Below are positions 37,801-49,061 of a stretch of 49,061 nucleotides of DNA, one piece after another (the stretch's first letter is position 1; every line of letters begins with the position of its first letter). The notes beneath the pieces were generated by a model that ran no database searches, was not told the DNA's origin, and saw only the letters and a program-made list of their open reading frames with translations. Source of the DNA: Intoshia linei (lineage: Eukaryota > Animalia > Orthonectida). The DNA lies in assembly GCA_001642005.1 (NCBI GenBank), contig LWCA01000130.1, positions 1 through 49,061 on the forward strand, given 5' to 3'. The position numbers and the translations under genes are program-made.

Positions 37801-40609
37801 ATAGATAATTTTAGATGTATTAAAATATCGTTAATTATTTTAGTAATATTTTTTATTTGAAGTCAATTTATATATTTTTTCAAGTGTGTAAAAAAAATGT
37901 CAAATGTGTATTTTTTACATGCAAACACGTACTTTTCCATCACTGATCTAGGTCTTACATTGAATTTCTATGCCTAAATGTGCCTTGTAAACATAACGAC
38001 ATTTTTTCAAAAGAAAATTATTAATTATTAATTAATTCACTTCAATTAGTAGTAACCTATTAAATCAATGCTACACAAATTTTAATGTGATAATTATCAT
38101 GCGAATAAAAATATACAATATACTTATATCATTATTTGTATTATATTAATATTATACAAACAATTTTGTATTCGAATGATAGATTAAATTTAGAAGATTT
38201 AAAAAAATAATTATAGATTAACGATGTAAGACTCGCCATACTTCAGGAATCAAAATTTCATAATGATGAAATGGAAATGATTAAAAAAATTAATTCTAGA
38301 GTAATGTTGATATCATAATATGCCGTAATTGGTTTTATTTTGCATTTAGTTTCCAAAAATAAAATTAGGAGAAACGATTGTTAAATCATTATTAAACAGA
38401 ACATCAGCTGTGTTCAAAATACCATCAAATATCAATTTAATACGCACTATAACACCAAAAAACTACTTAAGCAAATATGTCGACGTTAAAGCTCACAACA
38501 GACTCAACATTTATAAAAATGTATTCTCTGTGTATCAAGATCCATTCAAATGTTTAACTTTCAACGTAATAATACTAAATAAAATATATTTATCAGCTTT
38601 TCCAAAATGTCGAACTCCTTATATTTAAACAAAAGGTGTGCAAAATATTTGAGTTTTAAAATTTTTCTGTAATACGAAAAATTAATTATTAATTAGTGCT
38701 AATACAATAATTATATCAGTCATTCTCAACGGGTGCATGGAGGGGTCCACATCAGTTTGGGGTGGGGGTTTGGTAAAATGAAAAATTATATTTCGGCAAT
38801 TATAGTAATTATTTCTAATTAACGACATATAATTTAATATCTCTTTTCCATTACGACTAAATTTAAGTAAATACTCCATATAAACGTAAAAAAAATAATT
38901 CTATATCCTGTACTAATATAAAATTGAATGTCTATGGGTGAGTGTGTATTTAAAAAAATTGAATCATAGAATTTAAAAAAAACCCAATTTCTAATATATT
39001 ATTTTCCAGTTTCCAGATATGCATTTATTTGTCAGTTTCCGAATTTGAGTCCTTCTAGGGTCAAAACCACAATTTGCTCTTTTGTAGAAAAATAGAATCA
39101 GCCCAAAAATATAATAAAACATACATTCTAGACGCGTTTTAAAATCATTAACACTGTACTAAATTTCAGCCTCAGAAACGCACACCTTCATGGCCAAAAC
39201 TACAGATTACCCTATGTTTAATAGATGAAACATCCTAAAATTTTATAAAAAATAAATTCTGGGATAGTTATTATAATATTATAAATATATTATTATTATT
39301 TATTATAATAAATGGCAACTTCACAAAAGTCCATTTTTACGACCAAAACCATGATTGTCTTTTTTTAAAATGTAATGATAAAGTAAATGTAAAGATAATA
39401 ATTTTCAAACGCGTCCAAGAATATGTGTTTTTTTAATTTTAAGGTTGGTTTTATTTTTAAAATAAGATTTTTTACCCTGAATCACTCAATTTCGGAAAAT
39501 GATATGGCGATGCTGCATCACTTGAAAAAATGTATTACCAATTGCTTTTTTTTTTTTAATAAACACACACACTAACATTAACATTAACACACACATAACA
39601 TTTTATATATGTAAAGGATGTTATGTATATAATTTTTTTGGGTCCACAGGTTTTTTTCAATACCATCGTAAGGGTTCACAGTGAAAACAGTTGAGAATGT
39701 TTGATATATATTATGACATTTATAATGTAGTTTATTTCATCTTAATATGCATTTACTATATACCAGGGTCTTCAGGGGTGGCAATTATGCGGCCCCAATT
39801 CTGGAATGTCCTGTTTGTGTCGACAAATAATATTTTTTTGTAGTTTTTTATTAAAATTGTTAGTTTAATAATCGTTCGAGTAAACATTTTTTGATGTAAT
39901 GCCCCCATAATTTTTTTTTTTTAAAATAAAAAAATACAGTAAATTAATACTCCGATATTATATTATATATTAAATTATATTATTAAATTTATGATACAAA
40001 AATTTTTTCTTTAATTTCGTTATAATAGACCGTATATTAAAGTGCTTTTCAACCAGGGGGTCACAAAATTTATCAGGGGGTCGTGAGAATTTGAACATTT
40101 TATGAATACATTTATTTATTGTAATATATTATTGACAGTAATAATGTTACGGAAATATTTTTATTCTGAAAATTTTTGGGTCGCGAAAATTTTTTAAGTT
40201 TACAATGGGGTCGCGAACACCAAATAATTGAAAACCACTGGTGTATTATGTATTTAATATAAAATTGGTAGTTTTCATGGTTTAATTTTAGAAAACAGCC
40301 ATAGCATTAAAATATATCTATCCAAATTTAATAAACGATAATACATTCAAGGAAATAGCAGGAATTTCAGGATTAGAACAAACTCCAGTGAATTACGAAT
40401 ATTTTAAAGGAATATGTGCATTTTCAGAAAGATATTTATACAACAAAATGTAATATTAACAAATGTTTATACATGTATGAATTAGCAATGAAAATAATCC
40501 AATGGATGATCGAAAAAAAAGGGTTTCATATGAAATTCTAGATAGAAACATAGCATTAAACAGAATGCAGTACGAAGTACCCATAAGTGCAATATTAAAA
40601 CATTTGTAA
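34814..40609 (+). CDS. Uncharacterised protein: Ser-rich disordered N-half plus a helical C-terminal domain; two TE-expanded introns
   Basis: MDKKPSNLFGDVFRIQVPETPK splices in phase 0 to the exon at 35038-~36009. Further exons at about 36046, 38217, 38351, 38597, 40352 and 40486 (ITPKNYLSKYV...IYKNVF; FKGICAFSERYL). Joining of the distal exons into the same gene is inferred. Confidence 0.55.
36460..36842. mobile_element. hAT (Tip100-like) MITE
   Basis: Ends cggcggcggatctaga / tctagatccgctactg. Flanks ttcaaacg / gtcaaaag match 6 of 8. A similar end fragment occurs at about 26103. Confidence 0.65.
37123..37945 (-). mobile_element. Deleted hAT (Charlie/SPIN/GTF2IRD2-like) element with a transposase fragment
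   Basis: TIR cagtgatgg / ccatcactg, perfect 8-bp TSD atctaggt (37115-22, 37946-53). The minus strand encodes HCIIHQEVL...IINYIQARAL...SRGKVLERFVKCLSEIKTFL...HLNELNLKFQG. Confidence 0.92.
38937..39575. mobile_element. Foldback-type non-autonomous element with long inverted arms
   Basis: Inverted matches: cagtttccgaatttgagt (39033) versus actcaatttcggaaaatg (39484); cattctagacgcgttttaaaatcatt versus aataattttcaaacgcgtccaagaat; gtgtgtattt versus aataaacacac at the ends. Boundaries are approximate. Confidence 0.6.
40040..40240. mobile_element. hAT (Charlie-like) MITE
   Basis: Ends aagtgcttttcaac / ttgaaaaccactg. TSD gtatatta / gtgtatta (7 of 8). Subterminal ggggtcgcga-like repeats. Confidence 0.8.
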
Positions 40610-40623
40610 GTACATTAGTTGTA

Positions 40624-41978
40624 TTATTTTTGATTTTTACAAATATATTCATTTAACTTTTTTGGAAAATCTGTCATTATTCCTACAGGAACTTTTAAAT
40701 TGTGTATTCTATTCCAATCTTCTTCTTCATTTAATACCCAAAAATAGGTCTAAAATAAACAATGACAAATGGTAAATTGTATTTATTACGTGAATTCCGC
40801 GTCGACGTAAATAATTGACAAAAAACGAATTCACTATTAACCTAAAAAATTATCAAAAATAGCAAAGTAATACTTGTCGAAGAGTAGAACCATTATTCTT
40901 CTTATAAAGGAACAGTTGTGTAAATAATGTCCTTTCCTAACATAAATATGCACGTATATATGTAGTTATCAATACCTGAGCAACACTTTCGGGACGGGAA
41001 TTTCGCAGGAAATTTCAGTTATAGGCATGTACATGAGTAAACCCAAGTAAAAATAAATAACATATAGAACCATTTGGTTTTCAGAGAAAAAATAATGAAA
41101 ATCCCTCTACGCATATTGAAATATTATACTAATGTAGTTACTTGAGACTTGATTTTCGATGCAATTTTATCATTCCCAGACCCCAAAATGGTTAGATGTT
41201 TGCGATCGTAAACCCTTAACAATTCTTGAACCTGTATGTTTGGATATACAGTAAATTAAGTAAAACCTTTTTGATCAATGGAATGCTATCATATTTAATG
41301 TCAATATTCATCGGTATATTTGGGAAAGCGATAAATATTTCTTCCAATTGAGGGATTTGCCTATCCTCGTTTGGTTTAGATACAGTAATATGGTCTTAAA
41401 TTATGAATAAAGGAATTATATTAAATACTGGCATGATTGTCTATTGCAATTTTTGTTTTCAATAGAGGTAAATTCTAGGACCGTATAAAAAATATAATGA
41501 AATATTACTTTATATATGGTATCACTGATTTTAACTTTATGACCGGTTAAACGGTACAAATAGTTTTCATGCACTACGACTACTTTTTCATCCAAGGTTA
41601 TGTGGACGTCTAGTTCAAGCATATCCGTTCCATTCTGGATGGCACTAAACAATTCTAGGAAGATTGAAAAACCGATACCGTTTAAATGCTCCTATAGTGT
41701 TCTCAAGGGATTCGCCAGCGCCTATCGGATATAATACAATTATTTAGAAATGTACCTCCACGATGAGAAATATGTCTAGCATCAAAGGATAATTTTTTTT
41801 TCTTGTGTAAAAGTTGTGGCCACAAGAACAATATTAATGAAGATGTAAAATATATAACAAGAATATATAACAAATGTAAAAACCAAATCGAGTTATACAT
41901 AAAAGATGATGTAATATTTATATTTCCGATGTTTTCTGGAAAAAATTCGAATATATTTATTTTTTCAATAATATTCAT
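40624..41978 (-). CDS. GDPD1: Lysophospholipase D GDPD1/GDPD3 (GDE4-like)
   Basis: TM helix then ISHRGGAGESLENTIGAF, GTDMLELDVHITLDEKVVVVH, IPQLEEIFIAFPNIPMNIDIK, LTIWG, YFWVLNEEED, GIMTDFP. The start could instead be the ATG at 41900. Confidence 0.9.
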
Positions 41979-42267
41979 ACTACATGTAGATTTAAAGTAT
42001 AGTTGAATTAAGTTTGGCTAAATTTTGTACATGTAACACTGTATGTGTCTTTAATAACTACATTTATAAATGTTAAAGTAAATAAATATATGAGCTTTAA
42101 AATACCATGGAAAAGTTAAATACAATATTGATACAATTACAATTACGTATGTAGTTTATTATTAGTCTGAGTAATAACTTGATTCATACGGAATAAGACA
42201 TATCTATGAGTACATAATATTGAAATAAACTATATTTATTTACCTGTAGACGTGGATTTAAAATTAA

Positions 42268-45258
42268 ATGACTCAGTCTGAAGTTGAAGACTTTACGAAA
42301 ACCTTGTTTTCAAATAATAAGTTAAATGTTCTTCGGCATAAAATTGATGAATTCAAGTATTCATCATATTATTCAAGTAAAATATTTTTAGAAATGACAG
42401 TGTAATACTGAGTGATACTTTGAGCGGATACCTTTGGTTAGTAATGGGTGAATAATAATAACAAATATTATAGTACCAAAGCAGCTGATATTTTGGCTGT
42501 GGGTCATGTTTTATTTGATCTGTCTAAAAGCTGTCAAGATATGTGTGAAAATTTTGATTACCTTCGCAAAAACAAATGTAGCTTAAATGATTTGGATAAC
42601 CAGACGTATGTGTTATGTTTACAAAAGTAAATCATTTAGTGGAGAAGAATTTTTGCGAGATTCAGCCATGATTGGATTAACAGATTTAACTTTAAGTGTA
42701 ATTCCTGACTATATGCTGAATAATTTGTAATAGATTGATCAACATATAATCAATGGCGAATACCTCAGAGCATATGCAATAATTTTGATATATGAAAAAA
42801 TTAAAGATGAATATTATCAAGATATGGGTATTTATAATGAATTACAACAATTGTGTTATAATAAGGGTACAGATACCATTACTTCTATTGTAAGAAAATT
42901 AATGTTGTATATCATAATATATGTTTAGATTTTTGATAAAGAGGAATATCGCTGTAGAAGCATAAAGGTTTTATTTGTAAGGTTTGATATATGTTTAGAC
43001 TTTATCGGAGTTGTATATCATATCATGCAACATGCTAGATGAAAATTTTTTGGAAATCAAAGTTAAAAATCTTATTGTATAAAAATTACTTTTATCGTTT
43101 ATATACATATATAGGGATATTGTATATATTTAATGAAAAAAGATGATTTAGTCAATATATTTTTGCTATTGAGTAATGAACTAAAAAAACTTATTGCATT
43201 AAATGAAATTGAAAATGGTTATAAATTAATTGAAAATAACAATTTAATTATTTAGAAGAAAATTTCGGAAATACTTTCAACAGATTAAAAAAAAATTTAG
43301 ATTATGGTTGGTTTGTATATTCAAAAAAATATTAATTTTAGATATGGATAATATTCAAGTGAATTGTATAGATAAAATTGCCACAAACAAACATTTTAAT
43401 AGAGGTAACTTTAATTATGATTGTATTGTAATTAAAGACTTTCTCTATTTTGAAGAAATGTTAAAATATATTGAATATTATAGAACAGCTTTTTGAAACG
43501 GGTTACATTTTAATAAAATAATTTTCGCTGACATCATGTAAAAATCATTGTCAAACTATTTGTCAAACGCTCTTATACTTTACATTAATCTTTAGATGTT
43601 TCAATTAAATGCATACATTATGCAGATCTCAAAGTGGAATTGAAAAAGAATACAAATGTTATTGAACAAGCTTTGGAAAAACTTTTCTGTAATATAATGG
43701 ACCTTAACGAATTGATCAAAATTTATGTACAAATTAAGCTGAATATCGAATACAAAATAGTACACCTTATCGACGGGATTATTAGTTTTACTTTAAAAAG
43801 ACTCGAAGCAATATGCACAGTATTTTAATTTTTGTTTTTTTCTCACGAATCATAGCAAACATTTGCAAAAATGACTGCTAAATCTCTAGTTATTTTGGAG
43901 GATAGTTATACGTCAATCGCCAACTCAGATGTTAAACAAGAAACAGATATAATTACAACCGTAGAAAAGGACTTATTAAAATCGCATGATATGTATTACG
44001 CCAATAATGAATTTATTATAAAATGGTATCAATTTTTATTATAAAATACAATTTTAGCTTTGAAAAATTTTACAAATATATAGATTATTGCATAGAATGT
44101 ATTACAGAGTCTTATCAAATAAATTTTGATATGCCCCAAAAGTTAGGGAACACGTTTGTGGAGAATATTGTTAGTAAAGTTTCAAGGTATATATTGTAAA
44201 TTATAAAATTATATATTTAGTTGGATATGTTCTACTAAGGATAATATTGAATTTAAATTTAGAGAGTATGGTTAATAAGTGATTAAATTATTTTAGATTA
44301 TTTATATTTTCAAAATTTATCAATTTGTTTCACCATCCATTGATGAATTTACCAGATAAGTATTATTTTTAATTTAGGCATCAATCAGCATGCTGGGAAA
44401 ATTAAAATCTTTAAATTCATTTGAGAAAGTACAAATAGTTTCCCTAGCATGGTGGTCAACTTTTGCTGTTCATAATAATAATGTAATGATTAGATTAATG
44501 ACATGCCATTCAAATGATCAGAATATTATTGAAGATTTTTCACATACAATTAAAACTATTATGAATGAAATCAACTCAAATCTTAATTCACATATATTTT
44601 TAAGCACTCCATTCAATATATATTTCAAAAATGTAAGAATATTTTAATATGATAATTTTTTTGAGGATTATCAATCTGGCGCTACACCTATAAGTGTATT
44701 AATATTAAAAATATTGGCTTTATTGTTTATTTAGATTTCACAATCTCTTTCTAAGTATATGAAAAATGTTTCTCGTATGCTATTGAAATCTAATTTATTT
44801 ACAAAGTAAATATTATGGAACATAATACAATAATTATAATTAGTTTTCCAATTAACAAAGAAGTATTACACCATTTAACATGTGTCTACAGTACAAAAAA
44901 TACTCAGAATTTATTCGATCTCTTATTTATTCGGGAAATTTGTAAAAATTTAAAAGACACTGAAGTAAATATAATGTAAGTTTAACAATATAAAATATCA
45001 GGAATACAATAATCTCCAAAAACTTGTGGAATCGTACTCAGAGGAAACGTTTGATGTTAAAGAAATACATACATTGGTGTGTCAATATTTATTATATACA
45101 CAGGTGTGAACAATTTACACTTTAATATAATATATTAGGGATTATATGCAGCAATTCCACAACAAGCAGAATTTTACAATAATAATGATTTTGATACGAT
45201 TGTACCTAATATAGTCTCGTTTGATAAATACATATCTAAAATTCCCATTTTAAAATAA
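42268..45258 (+). CDS. Uncharacterised helical protein with many micro-exons, possibly a divergent COG1/Vps51-type tethering subunit
   Basis: Hand-spliced start MTQSEVEDFTKTLFSNNKLNVLRHKIDEFKNDSVILSDTLSGYLCTKAADILAVGHVLFDLSKSC...IDQHIINGEYLRAYAIIL. Regular alternation of exons and ~35-nt introns to ...ISKIPILK* at 45258. Family call is weak and the 5' end may extend to about 42107. Confidence 0.55.
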
Positions 45259-45278
45259 ATTTAATAAATTACAAACGT

Positions 45279-47211
45279 TTATTTTCTTTTTTTTTCAGAT
45301 TTGTTTGAAATCTTGGCCAATTTACTACATTTAAATAACATTTAGAGAATGGATAAGGGTTTTCAAATTTACTCACTACCCGAAACGGTGGATTCGAAAT
45401 TTTAGTCGTGACGGTAAATAAATGGCGAGAGAAAGATTAATTTATAAAATTAAATATTTCTAAATGTCTTATCAAAGGAGGAATGAAAAACGTCCACTTC
45501 AACATATTACAATATTTCATTTCAAAATTCTAAGCTGTAAAAAATAATTATTTTATTTTATTAAGCTGACTGAATTCTTTTAAATGAATCAATATGTACT
45601 TAAAAATAGACAGATCTGTGGATCATGTAACATTAAAAACTTTTTCATAAATTACCGTAATAATTTCTTCTTCTGTTTGTATGTAAGTCCTTTAAGAAAT
45701 TCAGTTTCATCACTACTATCGTCAGATAAGTACAATTTCTAATATATAATGTAACTATTAATACTATTATTATTTACTACTTTAATTATTATTGATTTAT
45801 TGTCATTAAAATTCAATTTTTTTAATTATAATTTATTCAGTAAAATTACGGGGATCTATGGACTGAATCATACACAAGATTGATACAAATTGAACATTAA
45901 AAAAATATATTCATGAATATCAACTATTTTGTGCTAAATTCAAAATTTTAAGTCAAGAGCCTTGGAGAGGTGGCTAGGTGTATGTGACACTACGCATTGT
46001 GATCGAATTTTTTATTTTTAGGGGTGACATCGAGATTGGTAGGTTCTTCTCTGGCAACACGGTTCAGAGTTCGTTTTCGATGTGTTGAAAAATTTTTAAA
46101 GTTCGTGTATTAAGAGTTAGTTGTCAACTTTGACATGAATCTTTTTCAAGATAACCTTCGTAAAAAATAATCATGGCTCGAGTATAATAACGTCTCTATG
46201 AGAGTAATTATTTAAAATATCAATCCTAGATTTGAAACTCTGTGGCAAAAACACCTCAAATATTCCAAATTGTGATATATTTCGATTTTTATCACCTGAA
46301 CAAGTACACTTTTCAGAAAAATTAGTTATGGTGCGGGTCGCGTGACAAAGGTAAAAAATCTATGAAATATTTAATCATTTCTTTCTTTTATTGTGTACTA
46401 AAAAATAAATTCTTTTACCCTTACAGTTAATCAAATTTAAAATAACCTTAAGAACCTAAATTTGACAAACCATGTAATAATTAAGTTTTCAACAGGCATA
46501 GCAAAAATTGACCAAAAGTTAATATAACCCATCAATAAATTACATCAAAAGTTTTTATTTTAGCTTGAATTTCCAGTCCACCTTCTAATTTATCTTTCTT
46601 AATTTTTTCGTCGGCTAATTAAATTTAAGCGATTAATATAATAAAATTACGAAAAATTGGCTCGGCAGTTAAGTTTTCTCCAAAAAATGGACATGTTCTT
46701 GACGTATTAACGTGTCCCCATTGTCGACATTTGACACATCTTACATTTTTAACTTCAATACCAAAAGGTTGGTCCAAAATCGTATCATCATTTTTTAAAT
46801 ATCTGAGTATAAATTACGAAATAAATGCAATTACGTTTCACGTGGTGCCGTATATTTTCTTTGCCATTCGAATTTTATTTCCTTTACAGCTTTCTAAATG
46901 GTTAAAATATATACATAATATTTCTTACATCTTCACGTTCTATACCGGGAGGAGCATCATACATGAATGATAATCCCAATTTTGCCTTTTCATCACCTAA
47001 CAATGCTTTATTTCCTATTAATTCTTGTTCCTTCTGATATTGGTTCATCATTTCATCTTGTTTTTTTTTATCATAACTAGCTTTTTGTCTTGCCATCCAG
47101 ACCTACATATATCTAGTTTACGTACAAATCAGAAATTACTCTTTTAATGTTGTCTTTGTTTCCGGGATGAAAGAACTTTTTTGACATAAAGTTTTTATAA
47201 CCTTTTCCCAT
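45279..47211 (-). CDS. CIR1: Corepressor interacting with RBPJ 1
   Basis: [51 protein letters not shown]...[59 protein letters not shown]. The last exon is ambiguous (stop at 45279 or 45600). Confidence 0.92.
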
Positions 47212-47529
47212 TTTGTCGTTATTTTAAAATAGAAAATTATAATATTTAGTTGATTTATGGAATATAATCAATTTGAAGCAAATTGTAAAGTGGTGTTATA
47301 GATACCAATTATTGTTAGAAAACAAAGAAAATTATGAAATTAAGTTAATGCTAATGTTAATGTTAACATGTATGTAAATTATTTATTAATTTTATTCTTA
47401 TTGTAAGTAATTAATACAATAGCCAAATTTAAGTTTATTTTCGTATTTTTCTTAATTTTTTTATACAAAAACATAAATTCCTGCTTCGTTTATAAAGAAA
47501 AATTAAAAATTTTTGTACATTTTAATTAA

Positions 47530-48226
47530 TCATGTTTAGCTGCATCTATGCCACTTTGTATAACACTAATATGTGTCATAGAATACTAGATATTTGACTC
47601 AAATTGGAATTTTATTTTTTGTAACTTTTTTTTCATATATTTCTTAACGAGCGAGGCTTACGTTAACAATTGAAGTCTGTGTAATGCTTCGAAGCTATCG
47701 GTCTGATTAAACACAATATTCCAATAAATATTTAATATTACACGTAGTACATTTATATCAACATTTGTACTACCAAGTTGGTGTTGGTTGTTGAAGTTGG
47801 TGCCACCAACTTCAATCGGTTCATAAATAAGTGAACGGTAAATATTTTACAGTAATGTATAATAAATATTTAGAAAAAATATTGCACTTGGATCAATAAT
47901 AGTTTCCGATTGTTGGGCGGCGTACAATATCATAAGTTCATTTGGGTACACTCATTTAAGGGTAAATAATCAAATAGATTACAAATATTTATGGTTACAA
48001 TTATTTAAAGGTGAACCATAAAGAAAATTACGTGGACCCCGTAACGTTGGCGCATACTAACAAAATAAAATCATTGTGATTTCTAGCCAAGAGAAGTATT
48101 GTAATTTGTATAATTGTTATATATTTTTTAGGAAACAAAAAGGAATGTGGAACTTCAAGAAATTTATTGAGGTTATATTTAGCGGAATTTGCATGGAGAA
48201 GGCGATTTAGAATTACATACATTCAT
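47530..48226 (-). CDS. Possible small multi-exon gene, unidentified
   Basis: ORF 48028-48222 plus alternating GC-richer blocks and short AT-rich intron-like gaps. No firm splice model. Confidence 0.25.
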
Positions 48227-49061
48227 ATAAATAAATAATAGAATTCACCAAGATACATCATTTAAATATATCATTGAACATATTTGTAAATAATACCCTC
48301 AATAAATATTTTTATATATCGCATTAATGTAATTAATCACTTGATGCATATATTCTTAATTGAGTAATTATTCATATTATAATGTTCTAATGAAATTGAA
48401 GAACTTAAAGAATAGACTTATTTACATAAGTTACATATTTTTTTAAAATTAAATAAAATTCAATTATAAAAGTTTATTCTACAAAAGGCCCACCTTTTTT
48501 TGTAAAATTAAAATACACCTTTTATTGAGTAAAATAAATGCAATCGATTGAAAAAGAGTTAATTTTTTATTTAAAAGAAAAGATATTAAATTTAAAACTC
48601 ATAATATGAAATTCACATTTGAATATAATTACACCAAACGAAACGAAATTAGTTAAAATAATACTAAAATTAAACGACAAGAAATAATGATACACATCAA
48701 GTATCATCAGTCAAAACAACAATATCAAATACAACTATACAATCACATTGATTGGACGTTAATATAAAATATATAGTGTACTTGACAGATTTCACGTCAG
48801 TTTATCAGTTAGTTTACTATATTACACATTTAACTTTGTATTATTGGATGAAATCCAAACATATGCATTAACAAATAAATAATCATACACAAATAAACAT
48901 AAACAACACACAGTATTCATTGAATTCATTATTGGAAAAATTTTATACAAGTTGCATTAAAAAAATTTCACATTTATAAAACATTAAAAATTTAAATAAA
49001 AGGATAAAAATGAATAATAATCAAGAAAAATCATTATACCATGAATTAACCAGTAGTAATG

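Noticed and set aside
46680-46800. RP9/PAP-1 as the identity of the zinc-knuckle gene
   Set aside because: The knuckle is shared, but the N-terminus (MGKG..NFM.KK.FHP...NIK.VW) is diagnostic of CIR1.
1-49061. tRNA, rRNA, snRNA or CRISPR arrays
   Set aside because: None recognised by eye; the sequence is eukaryotic with no regularly spaced repeats. A covariance-model search was not possible.

Overview
AT-rich eukaryotic (animal) genomic DNA from a very compact genome. Genes are tightly packed and most introns are 31-40 nt GT-AG; larger introns and intergenic gaps hold DNA-transposon debris. This architecture resembles what is described for the orthonectid Intoshia linei, but that identification is an inference. 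Genes reconstructed by hand-splicing: PRPF8 (with an intronless antisense RING gene nested in intron 4), a calmodulin-like protein, an NDRG-family protein, a ZnT/SLC30 zinc exporter, SMIM14, a TALE homeobox gene, SET8/KMT5A, AK8, GDPD1, CIR1 and several uncharacterised multi-exon genes. Mobile DNA includes hAT, Tigger/pogo, piggyBac-like, Chapaev/CMC-like and foldback elements. The standout observation is the TALE homeobox gene at 27689-29497. Its predicted 567-aa product joins a Ty3/gypsy Gag capsid-like domain, a MEIS/PADRE-like domain and a TALE homeodomain in one reading frame, with no LTR or pol nearby. It is a candidate domesticated capsid-homeodomain fusion.
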